A stretch of 64,000 nucleotides of DNA from a virus: positions 32,001 to 96,000 of IMG/VR virus record IMGVR_UViG_3300011116_000796; one strand, given 5' to 3'. This document shows, piece after piece, positions 9,519 to 17,361 of the stretch. The notes beneath the pieces are model-generated. The model worked only from the letters and a program-made list of their open reading frames with translations. It was not told the DNA's origin and ran no database searches. The translations under genes were made by a program, and so were the position numbers. Position 1 is the first letter of the stretch. Every line of letters starts with the position of its first letter.

Positions 9519-9952
9519 GTCACGCCAGACATGAACTTTCGCCATTCGATAGCATTACGAATGACCCATTGGCGATTGTTGATTCCCTTGAGAATAGAGT
9601 CTAGGTAATCAACTTTCTGTCTTTGCATGTCTAGTTTCGTTTGAATCTTCAGAAGGTCAACATCAGACTCAAGGTAGACATCCATATCTTGCCGAAGAAT
9701 CCTGTGATCAAACTGCTCCCAACCTAAAGCATTGAGTTCTTCTTTGGACATCTTACCTGAGTAATACTCCCACTTCTGCCGTCTAAGTACCTTGTAATCT
9801 GCTTCATACTTTCGAAGTACTAGAGACTCATCGTGGAAGATATTAAGGTACTTTCCGTGCAGTTGAGGTATTCTAACAGACTCATCTGCAAGTTCGGTGC
9901 CGTCCATTTTCAGGTCGGTTTCTGCCATTTCACGAATTCTTTCGATGTTCAT
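9515..9952 (-). CDS. uvsY: UvsY recombination mediator
   Basis: ESVRIPQLHGKYL, KWEYYSGK, YLESD.D, INNRQWVIRNAIEWRKFMSG; next to uvsW. Confidence 0.95.
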   Translation of the reverse strand: MNIERIREMAETDLKMDGTELADESVRIPQLHGKYLNIFHDESLVLRKYEADYKVLRRQKWEYYSGKMSKEELNALGWEQFDHRILRQDMDVYLESDVDLLKIQTKLDMQRQKVDYLDSILKGINNRQWVIRNAIEWRKFMSGVT

Positions 9953-9959
9953 TGCGTAG

Positions 9960-9987
9960 ATTGTATCTCCAAATCTTGAATTGTCAA
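9960..9987 (-). promoter_or_regulatory. Sigma70-type promoter for uvsY
   Basis: TTGACA-N16-TACAAT, with the ATG 7 nt downstream. Confidence 0.75.
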
Positions 9988-9998
9988 TACATAATGAT

Positions 9999-10568
9999 AT
10001 GAGAGTTTTGAGAGCCTATGGTATCGACTACTCAATGACATGTCCTGCTGTTGCACTTTATGACGGCGAGGAGTGGCACATTAGGTATCTGACCTATGTA
10101 AACAAGCATAGTAAATTCTACAAGTTCGAAACATCAATTGGAAGAATGGAAGTTGCTGGAGATTTGATCAAAGAGTATGTGACTCAACAAGAAAGATTCG
10201 ATTACATATCCGAATGGGCAATGTCGTGTATCGATGATCCTGATGCAAAGATAATGATCGAAGATTACGCAATGGGTGCCAAGGGGAAAGTATTTCACAT
10301 AGCCGAAAACTGTGGACTTCTGAAACATAAGTTGTGGCAAGAGGGATTTCAATTTGATGTGCTTGCACCAACTGCACTCAAAAAGTTTGCCACAGGTAAA
10401 GGCAACTCTGACAAAGATGCCATGCACACACAGTTCATTAAAGACACAGGGGTCGATCTCATGAAAGAGATGACCCCTAGTATCAAGAACTGCTCTAGTC
10501 CTGTTTCGGATGTTGTCGATGCATTCTATCTCGCTAGATATGCATGGAGTAAACTCTCAGCGAGTTAG
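9999..10568 (+). CDS. RuvC-like (RNase H fold) Holliday junction resolvase-like nuclease
   Basis: GIDYSMTCPAV, IEDYAMG, PTALKKFATGKGNSDK..M, DVVDAF. ATG 9999 preferred over TTG 9981, which lies inside the uvsY promoter. Confidence 0.8.
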   Translation: MRVLRAYGIDYSMTCPAVALYDGEEWHIRYLTYVNKHSKFYKFETSIGRMEVAGDLIKEYVTQQERFDYISEWAMSCIDDPDAKIMIEDYAMGAKGKVFHIAENCGLLKHKLWQEGFQFDVLAPTALKKFATGKGNSDKDAMHTQFIKDTGVDLMKEMTPSIKNCSSPVSDVVDAFYLARYAWSKLSAS

Positions 10569-10994
10569 CGTCTGTGGGCGAAACAGATTTGGATAGGCTT
10601 TTTCGATCATTTCCTTGTCGATTCCGTAAGAGTATTTGAAAGATCCATCAAACATCGAACGGATCATATCAATTTCTTTCTTGCTGACGGATTCAAGGAT
10701 CTGAATGAGAATTTCGTCCTTTCGTTTCGAAGAAAGGTTGTACTCTTCCTTGAAGATATAGAGTCGCTTTGTCTCAGACCACAAAGACGAAGGTGCTAGG
10801 CCATCAGGACTACCATCTTCCGTGAAGTTAGGTAAAGTTTTTCGATACCAAGTCTGCCCATCAAATGCGTAACGCAACAATTCTTTGATTGCGACGGTAT
10901 TGTTTTGCTGTAGACCCCGAATCATGTCTTCAGGGTTCTTGGCCTTGGTCTTGATGTCAATTAGGATCTCTGGAATGGTAAAATTCGCTGGCAT
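10557..10994 (-). CDS. Conserved T4-like hypothetical protein
   Basis: IPEIL, ELLRYAFD, SLWSETKRLYIF, KRKDEILIQILES, YPNL pattern seen downstream of rnh in aquatic T4-likes. Confidence 0.75.
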   Translation of the reverse strand: MPANFTIPEILIDIKTKAKNPEDMIRGLQQNNTVAIKELLRYAFDGQTWYRKTLPNFTEDGSPDGLAPSSLWSETKRLYIFKEEYNLSSKRKDEILIQILESVSKKEIDMIRSMFDGSFKYSYGIDKEMIEKAYPNLFRPQTLTR

Positions 10995-10997
10995 GGT

Positions 10998-11837
10998 TTA
11001 AAACTCCTGTAAGTGTTCAATAAGAAGCCGCATGTTGTTTTCCATCATGTACGGCAATATCTTTGCACGGGAACCGACAATTGGCTGATCGTATTCTTGC
11101 ATTATTGCAGATTGAATACGCTCGGGAATGCGAGAGAAATCGATCATGGTCTTGTTTCGCTCATAGTTACGAATCATATCATCTGTGCAGAATGTATTTA
11201 GCGGAACCCGAATCCAATCAACAAGTTTTTTCTCGTAAAGAGGCTTTTGTCGCTTACCGTCAATAAAAACGGAGTCATCTGAAAGGAAGTTGGGAACACC
11301 ATCTCCACTATCACCTTTCATGATGTGGCGCACAAGTTCTTCTCTAGGGTTCTCACAGACGATAAATTCTTTCGTTCGGGGACACCATTGCTTGATATTC
11401 GGACAAGTTTGTAGTTGGAAAAAGTCATGATCTGACGAGACAATCAAATGCTTCCCTTCAAGGTTCTTTGAAAGTACTGCAATAATATCATCGCCCTCGC
11501 ACGAATCTACCTCCATCAGTTTGTATGGAAAGATCTCCTTCATCTCTTTTTTGATCTGACGAAGAATGTCCCATAACTGATCCCAATTAATATCAGACTC
11601 TTCTCTGATCTTCTTTCGGTTGGCTTTGTACTGCGGGAAGATCTCCTTACGCCAAGCCCGTACACGGGAGTCATAACATAAGACAGGCTCACCGAATTCG
11701 TGTGAGAAACGAAGCCTGATCAACCGAATTGAGTTGACTACCATATGGCGGATTAGACCGATATCCATGCTCGGCTTGCCCTTGGATTCCGCCATCAGGT
11801 TGGCTATCGTGATTTGGTTCATGTCTAGCAAGATCAT
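10998..11837 (-). CDS. rnh: T4-type RNase H / 5'-3' exonuclease
   Basis: MILLDMNQ, WRKEIFPQYKANRK, EGDDII, IVSSDHDFFQL, KGDSGDGVPNFLSDD. Start moved to ATG 11837 because ATG 11867 lies inside the promoter. Confidence 0.95.
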   Translation of the reverse strand: MILLDMNQITIANLMAESKGKPSMDIGLIRHMVVNSIRLIRLRFSHEFGEPVLCYDSRVRAWRKEIFPQYKANRKKIREESDINWDQLWDILRQIKKEMKEIFPYKLMEVDSCEGDDIIAVLSKNLEGKHLIVSSDHDFFQLQTCPNIKQWCPRTKEFIVCENPREELVRHIMKGDSGDGVPNFLSDDSVFIDGKRQKPLYEKKLVDWIRVPLNTFCTDDMIRNYERNKTMIDFSRIPERIQSAIMQEYDQPIVGSRAKILPYMMENNMRLLIEHLQEF

Positions 11838-11844
11838 ACCGTCG

Positions 11845-11872
11845 AGTATACAGTCAAATTTTTTCATGTCAA
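11845..11872 (-). promoter_or_regulatory. Sigma70-type promoter for rnh
   Basis: TTGACA-N16-TATACT, with the ATG 7 nt downstream. Confidence 0.75.
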
Positions 11873-11875
11873 GAC

Positions 11876-11904
11876 TTGACAGAACATAAAGGTAATGGTA
11901 TTAT
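11876..11904 (+). promoter_or_regulatory. Sigma70-type promoter, divergent from rnh
   Basis: TTGACA-N17-TATTAT with TGG extended -10. Confidence 0.65.
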
Positions 11905-11958
11905 TGACGCAACGCCCAATTTGGATGTTGGGCTATTCGCATAGTTAGAGGCAGAAAA

Positions 11959-12189
11959 ATGAGCAAGAATACGCATGAAGGCGTTGAGCCGATGAAGGTG
12001 TACATCACTTCGATGGACAAGATGGCGACAGTTCGTAAGGTCGAGAATGACCCCATTTGGGGACCGCAGTACTTTGTTAGTACCTATTCCCGTGATTGGG
12101 GACCGGAGTTCTTTTGGGTCAAGGGTGACGATGCAACGGTCGTTGTGCGACCTGGACCTAACGAGAAAGGGCATTTGAGCGGTCTCTGA
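11959..12189 (+). CDS. Hypothetical protein
   Basis: 76-aa ORF with GAGG SD-like sequence downstream of a promoter. Confidence 0.6.
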   Translation: MSKNTHEGVEPMKVYITSMDKMATVRKVENDPIWGPQYFVSTYSRDWGPEFFWVKGDDATVVVRPGPNEKGHLSGL

Positions 12190-12209
12190 ATATTTTTATT
12201 CAGAGGCAA

Positions 12210-12216
12210 CTAAATA
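12210..12216 (+). promoter_or_regulatory. Late promoter (CTAAATA)
   Basis: CTAAATA 8 nt before ATG 12225. Confidence 0.65.
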
Positions 12217-12224
12217 GAGACACC

Positions 12225-12482
12225 ATGCCATTCTATGATTACATCTGTAGGGCTTGCAATCATGAGTTTGAGGAGATGCATCGCATCGCTGATCGCAAGA
12301 AGCCAACCAAGAAACCCTGTCCCAAGTGTAGTCAGAAGAAGGTAGAGCAAATCATCAAAGAGGCTCCATCTGCCTGCGACCCTATTCGGGTTGGCAGCGT
12401 AGGCAAGGTGGACAATGGATTCAGAGAAGTGATATCCAAAATCAAGAAAGCACACCCACGCCACAAAATGCGTGACTATTAA
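12225..12482 (+). CDS. FmdB-family zinc-ribbon protein
   Basis: MPFYDYICRAC.HEFE...CPKC; C-terminal DNGFREVISKIKKAHP. Confidence 0.88.
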   Translation: MPFYDYICRACNHEFEEMHRIADRKKPTKKPCPKCSQKKVEQIIKEAPSACDPIRVGSVGKVDNGFREVISKIKKAHPRHKMRDY

Positions 12483-13166
12483 ATGAAGTTAAACTCTGTC
12501 GAATTAGAGGGTAAAGGTAGGTATTACCAATCCCCAAAAACACTTCGTTGGTATCCATCGGTTACCACCGTTGTTAATCATGAGATGGAGGACTTCTGGC
12601 GTGAGTGGAGAAAGAATCCACAGAACCTCGCTATTTCAAAGAAAGCACTAGCAAGAGGAAACAGATTACATCAGGTAATGGAAGACTATCTTGGTGACGA
12701 GAAAGTCATTCCAACTGATCCATTTGATCGAATGAAGTTTGATTTACTGAAACCTTGCTTGGACAAGATTGGCAAGATTCGTGCAATTGAAACTCCTATG
12801 TGGTCGGACAAGATCCTTCTTGCGGGAAGAGTGGACTGCATCGCAGAATACGACGGTAAGTTATCTGTTGTTGATTTCAAAACAGCAGGAAAAGACAAGA
12901 CCAAAGATCAGATTCTTAACTACTTTCATCAGACCACAGCATATTCATACATGTGGAATGAGACACATTCGAAAGAGGATACGATTGAAAGAGTTGTCAT
13001 TTTGATCGTGACTGATGATGGAACGATGCAGGAGTTTGTTGAAGATCCATCTGATTATCGAAAGTCAATGTTCAATGTCATCAAGACTTACTGGAATAAA
13101 TACTCGTTCAAAGATGTACAGGAGATAGCAAATGAAATTCATCAAGAAATTGTTCGGTCATCCTGA
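12483..13166 (+). CDS. PD-(D/E)XK exonuclease (Cas4/RecB-like)
   Basis: YPSVTTV, RGNRLH, IETPMWS, AGRVDCIAEYDG, VVDFKT, YFHQTTAY. Confidence 0.9.
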   Translation: MKLNSVELEGKGRYYQSPKTLRWYPSVTTVVNHEMEDFWREWRKNPQNLAISKKALARGNRLHQVMEDYLGDEKVIPTDPFDRMKFDLLKPCLDKIGKIRAIETPMWSDKILLAGRVDCIAEYDGKLSVVDFKTAGKDKTKDQILNYFHQTTAYSYMWNETHSKEDTIERVVILIVTDDGTMQEFVEDPSDYRKSMFNVIKTYWNKYSFKDVQEIANEIHQEIVRSS

Positions 13167-13347
13167 ACCCCCTCCACCTCCTGCAAGGCTTGAAAAATAT
13201 CATTGTGTTCGTTTTATGACCGAGAAAGGTGAGCAACTTGGTCTATTACTGACACACGAAGAGTTTGAAAGAGCGGTTTTCCGTTGGGTTCAGAATATCG
13301 ACACTATGCCAATACAGGAAGATCCACAAGAGGAAGGAGGAATTTGA
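13132..13347 (+). CDS. Hypothetical protein
   Basis: 71-aa ORF with AGGAG SD and an upstream ATAAATA (13096-13102); abuts gp33. Confidence 0.6.
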   Translation: MKFIKKLFGHPEPPPPPARLEKYHCVRFMTEKGEQLGLLLTHEEFERAVFRWVQNIDTMPIQEDPQEEGGI

Positions 13348-13587
13348 ATGGGATCAATTATGAATATTGACCATGACTTCTCAAAAGAAGTTGAGGAACT
13401 TACCCGATCAAGAAAAAGCGGAAAGTACATGGAATCGATCATCGATCTATGCGAGAAGTATGGTATTGAACCCGAGTCGGCTGCAAAGTTGCTATCGAAG
13501 CCGATTCGTGAGAAACTCAAGAGTGAGTTTGAAACATTGAATATGGTTCGTGGTAAACGAAAAACCACGAAGTTACCTCTTGACTGA
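13348..13587 (+). CDS. 33: Late promoter transcription coactivator
   Basis: FSKEVE, YMESIIDLCEKYGIEPESAAKLLSKPIREKLKSE, C-terminal KLPL; upstream of gp32. Confidence 0.92.
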   Translation: MGSIMNIDHDFSKEVEELTRSRKSGKYMESIIDLCEKYGIEPESAAKLLSKPIREKLKSEFETLNMVRGKRKTTKLPLD

Positions 13588-13607
13588 TAGCAGATCGTCG
13601 TTACAAT
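13580..13607 (+). promoter_or_regulatory. Sigma70-type promoter for gp32
   Basis: TTGACT-N16-TACAAT followed by an A/C-rich leader and SD AAGGAG. Confidence 0.7.
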
Positions 13608-13645
13608 TCACACACATCAACACACTTCAAATACAAGGAGATACA

Positions 13646-14566
13646 ATGTCATTTGCAAACCTAAAGAAAAACGCACAGAATGGCCTTGATCGGCTACAGA
13701 AGGAAATGGAGAAGCAGGGCGGCAAGGAAGGTGGATACCAAAAGGACGAACGCCTTTGGTCGCTTGAGCGTGATAAGAGCGGAAATGGAATGGCTGTGAT
13801 TCGCTTCCTTCCCGCCCCCGAGGGTGAGGACATTCCGATGGTTCGGGTGTTCAGCCACGGATTCCAAGGTAAAAGCGGTTGGTTCATTGAGAACTGCCCG
13901 ACTACCCTTGGTCGTAAGTGTCCTGTCTGCGAGGCCAACAACGAGTTGTGGAACAGCGGTATTGAAGACAACAAGAAGATTGCCCGTGACCGCAAGCGCA
14001 AGTTGTCGTATATCAGCAACATTCTTGTTGTTTCTGACCCCGCAAACCGAGACAACGAAGGAAAGGTCTTCCTCTTTAAGTACGGGAAGAAGATCTTTGA
14101 TAAGTTGCAGGAGGCCATGAATCCTTCTGATCCTGATGAGCCGAAGTTCAACCCATTTGACTTCTGGAAGGGGGCCAACTTCAAGTTGAAGGCTCACATG
14201 GATTCGGGTTATGTTTCCTATGAGAAGAGTGGTTTCTCTGCTCCTGCCCCTCTCTTCGAAGGCGACGATGCTAAGTTGGAATCATTGTGGAAGAAGGAAT
14301 ATGCCCTGAAGGAATTCGTGGCAGAGGATCAGTTCAAGTCATACGAAGAACTCTCGACTCGTTTCTCACAGGTCATGAAGATGTCTTCAGCGGCATCTGT
14401 GAAGGCTGAGGATGCCGAGCCTGAGGACTTCCGTACCAAGATGGGGAAGGCCAATCAGGTTGCCGAATCGGCTTCCAAGAAGGCTCCTGTGAAGAAGATT
14501 GTTGATGATGACGATGAGTCTGAGGCACTTTCCTACTTCCGCAAGTTAGCGGAAGACGATGAGTGA
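13646..14566 (+). CDS. 32: Single-stranded DNA-binding protein
   Basis: MSFANLKK, DKSGNGMAVIRFLP, WFIENCPTT...CPVC, RKRKLSY, YGKKIFDK, PFDFWKGANFKLK, acidic tail ALSYFRKLAEDDE. Start at ATG 13646 with SD. Confidence 0.97.
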   Translation: MSFANLKKNAQNGLDRLQKEMEKQGGKEGGYQKDERLWSLERDKSGNGMAVIRFLPAPEGEDIPMVRVFSHGFQGKSGWFIENCPTTLGRKCPVCEANNELWNSGIEDNKKIARDRKRKLSYISNILVVSDPANRDNEGKVFLFKYGKKIFDKLQEAMNPSDPDEPKFNPFDFWKGANFKLKAHMDSGYVSYEKSGFSAPAPLFEGDDAKLESLWKKEYALKEFVAEDQFKSYEELSTRFSQVMKMSSAASVKAEDAEPEDFRTKMGKANQVAESASKKAPVKKIVDDDDESEALSYFRKLAEDDE

Positions 14567-14589
14567 GTGTGATTCACTCATTATAACAC

Positions 14590-14660
14590 CTAAATAGGTG
14601 TAACCCCACCAGAGATAGCATCTCCGGTCCGACAACCCCCGAAAGGGGGTTGTTTCTTTT
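14590..14660 (+). ncRNA. Candidate small late RNA (late promoter, hairpin, terminator, no ORF)
   Basis: CTAAATA at 14590 followed within about 60 nt by a hairpin and a GC-rich terminator. Confidence 0.3.
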
Positions 14661-14661
14661 T
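14632..14661 (+). terminator. Rho-independent terminator
   Basis: ACAACCCCC-GAAA-GGGGGTTGT stem-loop followed by TTCTTTTT. Confidence 0.9.
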
Positions 14662-17161
14662 AGAATGCAGGTTGTGCACTATACTGCATAATTCGTATAG
14701 TTGGTTCTGTGTTTCTTGAAGACTGTGGTGCAATTATAGTTGGTTCTTGTTTCTGTTGTTGTCCCGAACTCACATTATTCGTTGTATTTGTATTGATTAT
14801 ACTTGTCGGTTGTGCAGCAGTCTTATTAATGTCGTTTTGTGCGTTCTGTAGATTTTTCGACATTTCTCCCATCATGGTCGATTGATCTTCGGTTTTTTCT
14901 ATATTGCTTTCTTGGTTTTGTTTCATTTTAGCAAGAAGTGCAGTTACTTCGGGGTCAGGCGGAAGACTTATTGGGCCATCCTCAATCCCAAGCATAGAAC
15001 CTACTACATTTTGTGCAGTTTTCTTTGCAATCCAAGCAGTTTCACCTTCACCAGTTTTTTGTGCCTCGGCCAAGGTCTCAGTATCTGTCCCTAATGCATC
15101 AGAAACGGGATCGTCACTCGACCAATCAACTCCAGTGATCCATTCAAGAACACCGTAAGCCAAATCCTTCAGTCCATCGAATATCATTCCCATGAACTCA
15201 GCGACTTGGTCCAATATTTTATCAATATTCAAGATTTCAGAGGCTTTATCGGCTAAGTACCGCATTGCTTTGTATAGCAACGTAATTGGGTTATACTCAA
15301 GATAAAAGTCCCAAAGTGTTTGAATCCCACTCCAAATTGCAGACCCCACACTTTTTAGAAAATCAAATACAGTTTTGACGATATAAACATTAAAATCTCT
15401 CCACATAATAAACAAATCGTACAAAAAAGATCCAATTTTTATAATAAGATTCGCAACCATCCGTGGGATATTCAGAAAGAAATTTCCTATTGCAATTAAG
15501 TGTTTTTTCAGTGTTCCGCCGAAGTCATTTACCCAACTCATAAGATAGTTGTATACATCATCAAACGATATACCGAATATACCTGTGATTCCTGATATGA
15601 TTCCTGATACAATACCTACAATCATTCCTTTAATACCATCACGACTAAACCCCTTGATTGCACCAACGACTGCATCAATTATAGTGATGATTATTGTGAG
15701 CGGAAGTAATATCTTCGATCCTATGAACTTCAAAAATTTTAGAACAGGGGATATAAATCCCATTACTTTTCCGAACATCGATCCAACTCTTCCAAAGAAA
15801 CTTCCTACTCTTGACATAAACGAAGCAGCGGGAGAGAATGACTCAATAATTCGTGTAACAAACCCAAATATGTCTGTGATCTTACCCCGTAAAAATCTAC
15901 CCACAGGTGTGAAAAGACCTTCAAAAAAATCTGAAACTACCTCCACAATTCCACTTACCATTTCACTATCAGTAAAAAGACCCGTAATAGAACCTATGAT
16001 TGATTTGACTATTTCTGGTGGATTAATGATCTTTAACAAAGCACGAATCTTTCTACCAGTATTTGCTAAAAACTCTCCAATACTTACAATAGCACCACCT
16101 ATAAAACCATCTTCGGAAAATAATCCTTTCACATATTGAATAAATTGGTCCTTAGCATACTCAAGCCCTTTGGTGAGTATTGCATACAAAATACCCCCAA
16201 CAGTGGCAAGTGCTAATACAGTTGCAACAATAGTCTTAATGATAAATCCAAGATTTGAGGGTTTAGTGTTTTCTTGAATATCTTCAAGGCTTTCACTCAT
16301 AGTTTCGATTTCAGGGTCAACTTCTTTGAACCATGTAGGTAATGGTTCTGTTTCACCCTCAGATTCAAGTCTTCTTCGAACATCATCTTCTATGACATCA
16401 TTTTGCTCCACCAATTTTGACTCAATATTTTTGAATACTCCAACCTGATCTTCAGATTGTCCTTCACCGTGCAAAATATCAGCGATTCTCCCAAAGAAAT
16501 CTTTATCTACTAGTTTTTCTTGTTTGAATTTGTCTTTCGCTGAATCGTCATTGATGTCTATACCTCTTGCTGCCATCTCATCAAGCATGGCCCTATTAAT
16601 TACAACTAAACTATCAAGACTTAGATTAGTTTTTTCCATCACATCAGCAAGGCGTTCACTTCCAATACCCTCAAAGTTTTCAGTTAGAGCAGCAGAAAGA
16701 ATTTCGTTGTTTAGTTCTTTTTGAGCATCATTCTGCCGTTTCAATTCCCTAAAATTTGAGTTAAAGGATGAACTGAATCTTCTAAACTCGGATGAAGGAT
16801 CTTTAGGAGCAGGAGTCTCTTGAGTTTGAAATGATGATATTGACTTTGAAACATAGCCTTGAGACTCAATAATTCTATTTTCTGTCTCTGATATACGAGC
16901 AAAACTTTCCGATTGAAATCGGTTTTGTTCTGCCTCTAACCTTGCTATAGTTTCTGCCGATTCGTTGGCTTTAGATAGAGCATCCTCTGTCGATCTTTGA
17001 TTTGACATCAGTTGATCGGATATTCTTCGAAGAAGATCAGTCTGCTCTTCTTGTAACTGTAATTGTTTGTTTAATGCAGTTGGATCAAATTGAGATCTTT
17101 CCGAGGAATCACTTCCTGGTGCTATTCTGTTGTTTGGATTGAATTCACCTGGGTCGGGCAT
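14660..17161 (-). CDS. Tail tape-measure / baseplate hub tail-length determinant (gp29-like)
   Basis: 833 aa, helical with an N-terminal coiled coil, several hydrophobic segments and amphipathic F/G repeats; NTNTTNNVSS-type C-terminus; downstream of gp26/gp51. Confidence 0.75.
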   Translation of the reverse strand: MPDPGEFNPNNRIAPGSDSSERSQFDPTALNKQLQLQEEQTDLLRRISDQLMSNQRSTEDALSKANESAETIARLEAEQNRFQSESFARISETENRIIESQGYVSKSISSFQTQETPAPKDPSSEFRRFSSSFNSNFRELKRQNDAQKELNNEILSAALTENFEGIGSERLADVMEKTNLSLDSLVVINRAMLDEMAARGIDINDDSAKDKFKQEKLVDKDFFGRIADILHGEGQSEDQVGVFKNIESKLVEQNDVIEDDVRRRLESEGETEPLPTWFKEVDPEIETMSESLEDIQENTKPSNLGFIIKTIVATVLALATVGGILYAILTKGLEYAKDQFIQYVKGLFSEDGFIGGAIVSIGEFLANTGRKIRALLKIINPPEIVKSIIGSITGLFTDSEMVSGIVEVVSDFFEGLFTPVGRFLRGKITDIFGFVTRIIESFSPAASFMSRVGSFFGRVGSMFGKVMGFISPVLKFLKFIGSKILLPLTIIITIIDAVVGAIKGFSRDGIKGMIVGIVSGIISGITGIFGISFDDVYNYLMSWVNDFGGTLKKHLIAIGNFFLNIPRMVANLIIKIGSFLYDLFIMWRDFNVYIVKTVFDFLKSVGSAIWSGIQTLWDFYLEYNPITLLYKAMRYLADKASEILNIDKILDQVAEFMGMIFDGLKDLAYGVLEWITGVDWSSDDPVSDALGTDTETLAEAQKTGEGETAWIAKKTAQNVVGSMLGIEDGPISLPPDPEVTALLAKMKQNQESNIEKTEDQSTMMGEMSKNLQNAQNDINKTAAQPTSIINTNTTNNVSSGQQQKQEPTIIAPQSSRNTEPTIRIMQYSAQPAF

Positions 17162-17170
17162 CTGTTACCT

Positions 17171-17314
17171 TTACTGTTGTCTACTCATCTTTTCGGATTC
17201 CATTCTCTCTTTTTCATCTTTTAGATGCTGTATCAGAAGTTCAATGTATATTCGACGCTCCCACGGAATCATATTTTCAATTTCAGTCAAAGAGTACTTA
17301 TGATGCTGCATCAT
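17171..17314 (-). CDS. 51: Baseplate hub assembly catalyst, gp51-like (not in ORF track; probably the C-terminal part of a frameshift fusion)
   Basis: Translates MMQHHKYSLTEIENMIPWERRIYIELLIQHLKDEKERMESEKMSRQQ; the frame stays open upstream into the end of gp26. Confidence 0.85.
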   Translation of the reverse strand: MMQHHKYSLTEIENMIPWERRIYIELLIQHLKDEKERMESEKMSRQQ

Positions 17315-17361
17315 TGCAAAGTTGGTCTCAAAGTAGTTCAGAAGACTGTCATGAGAGGTCG

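Noticed and set aside
12483-13166. Cas4-like nuclease as a sign of a CRISPR system
   Set aside because: No repeat-spacer array or other cas genes in the window; this exonuclease is a common core gene of aquatic T4-like phages.
13550-13645. N-terminal extension of gp32 from GTA/GTT-region start at 13550 given in the ORF track
   Set aside because: It overlaps gp33 and the gp32 promoter; the conserved start MSFANLKK with SD is at 13646.
13627-14197. Long antisense ORFs (185 and 167 aa) over gp32
   Set aside because: Shadow frames explained by codon bias of a GC-richer, highly expressed gene; no SD or recognisable motifs.
15549-16139. 196-aa Ile/Pro-rich ORF antisense to the tape measure
   Set aside because: Mirror of the Gly/Ile-rich hydrophobic repeats on the coding strand.
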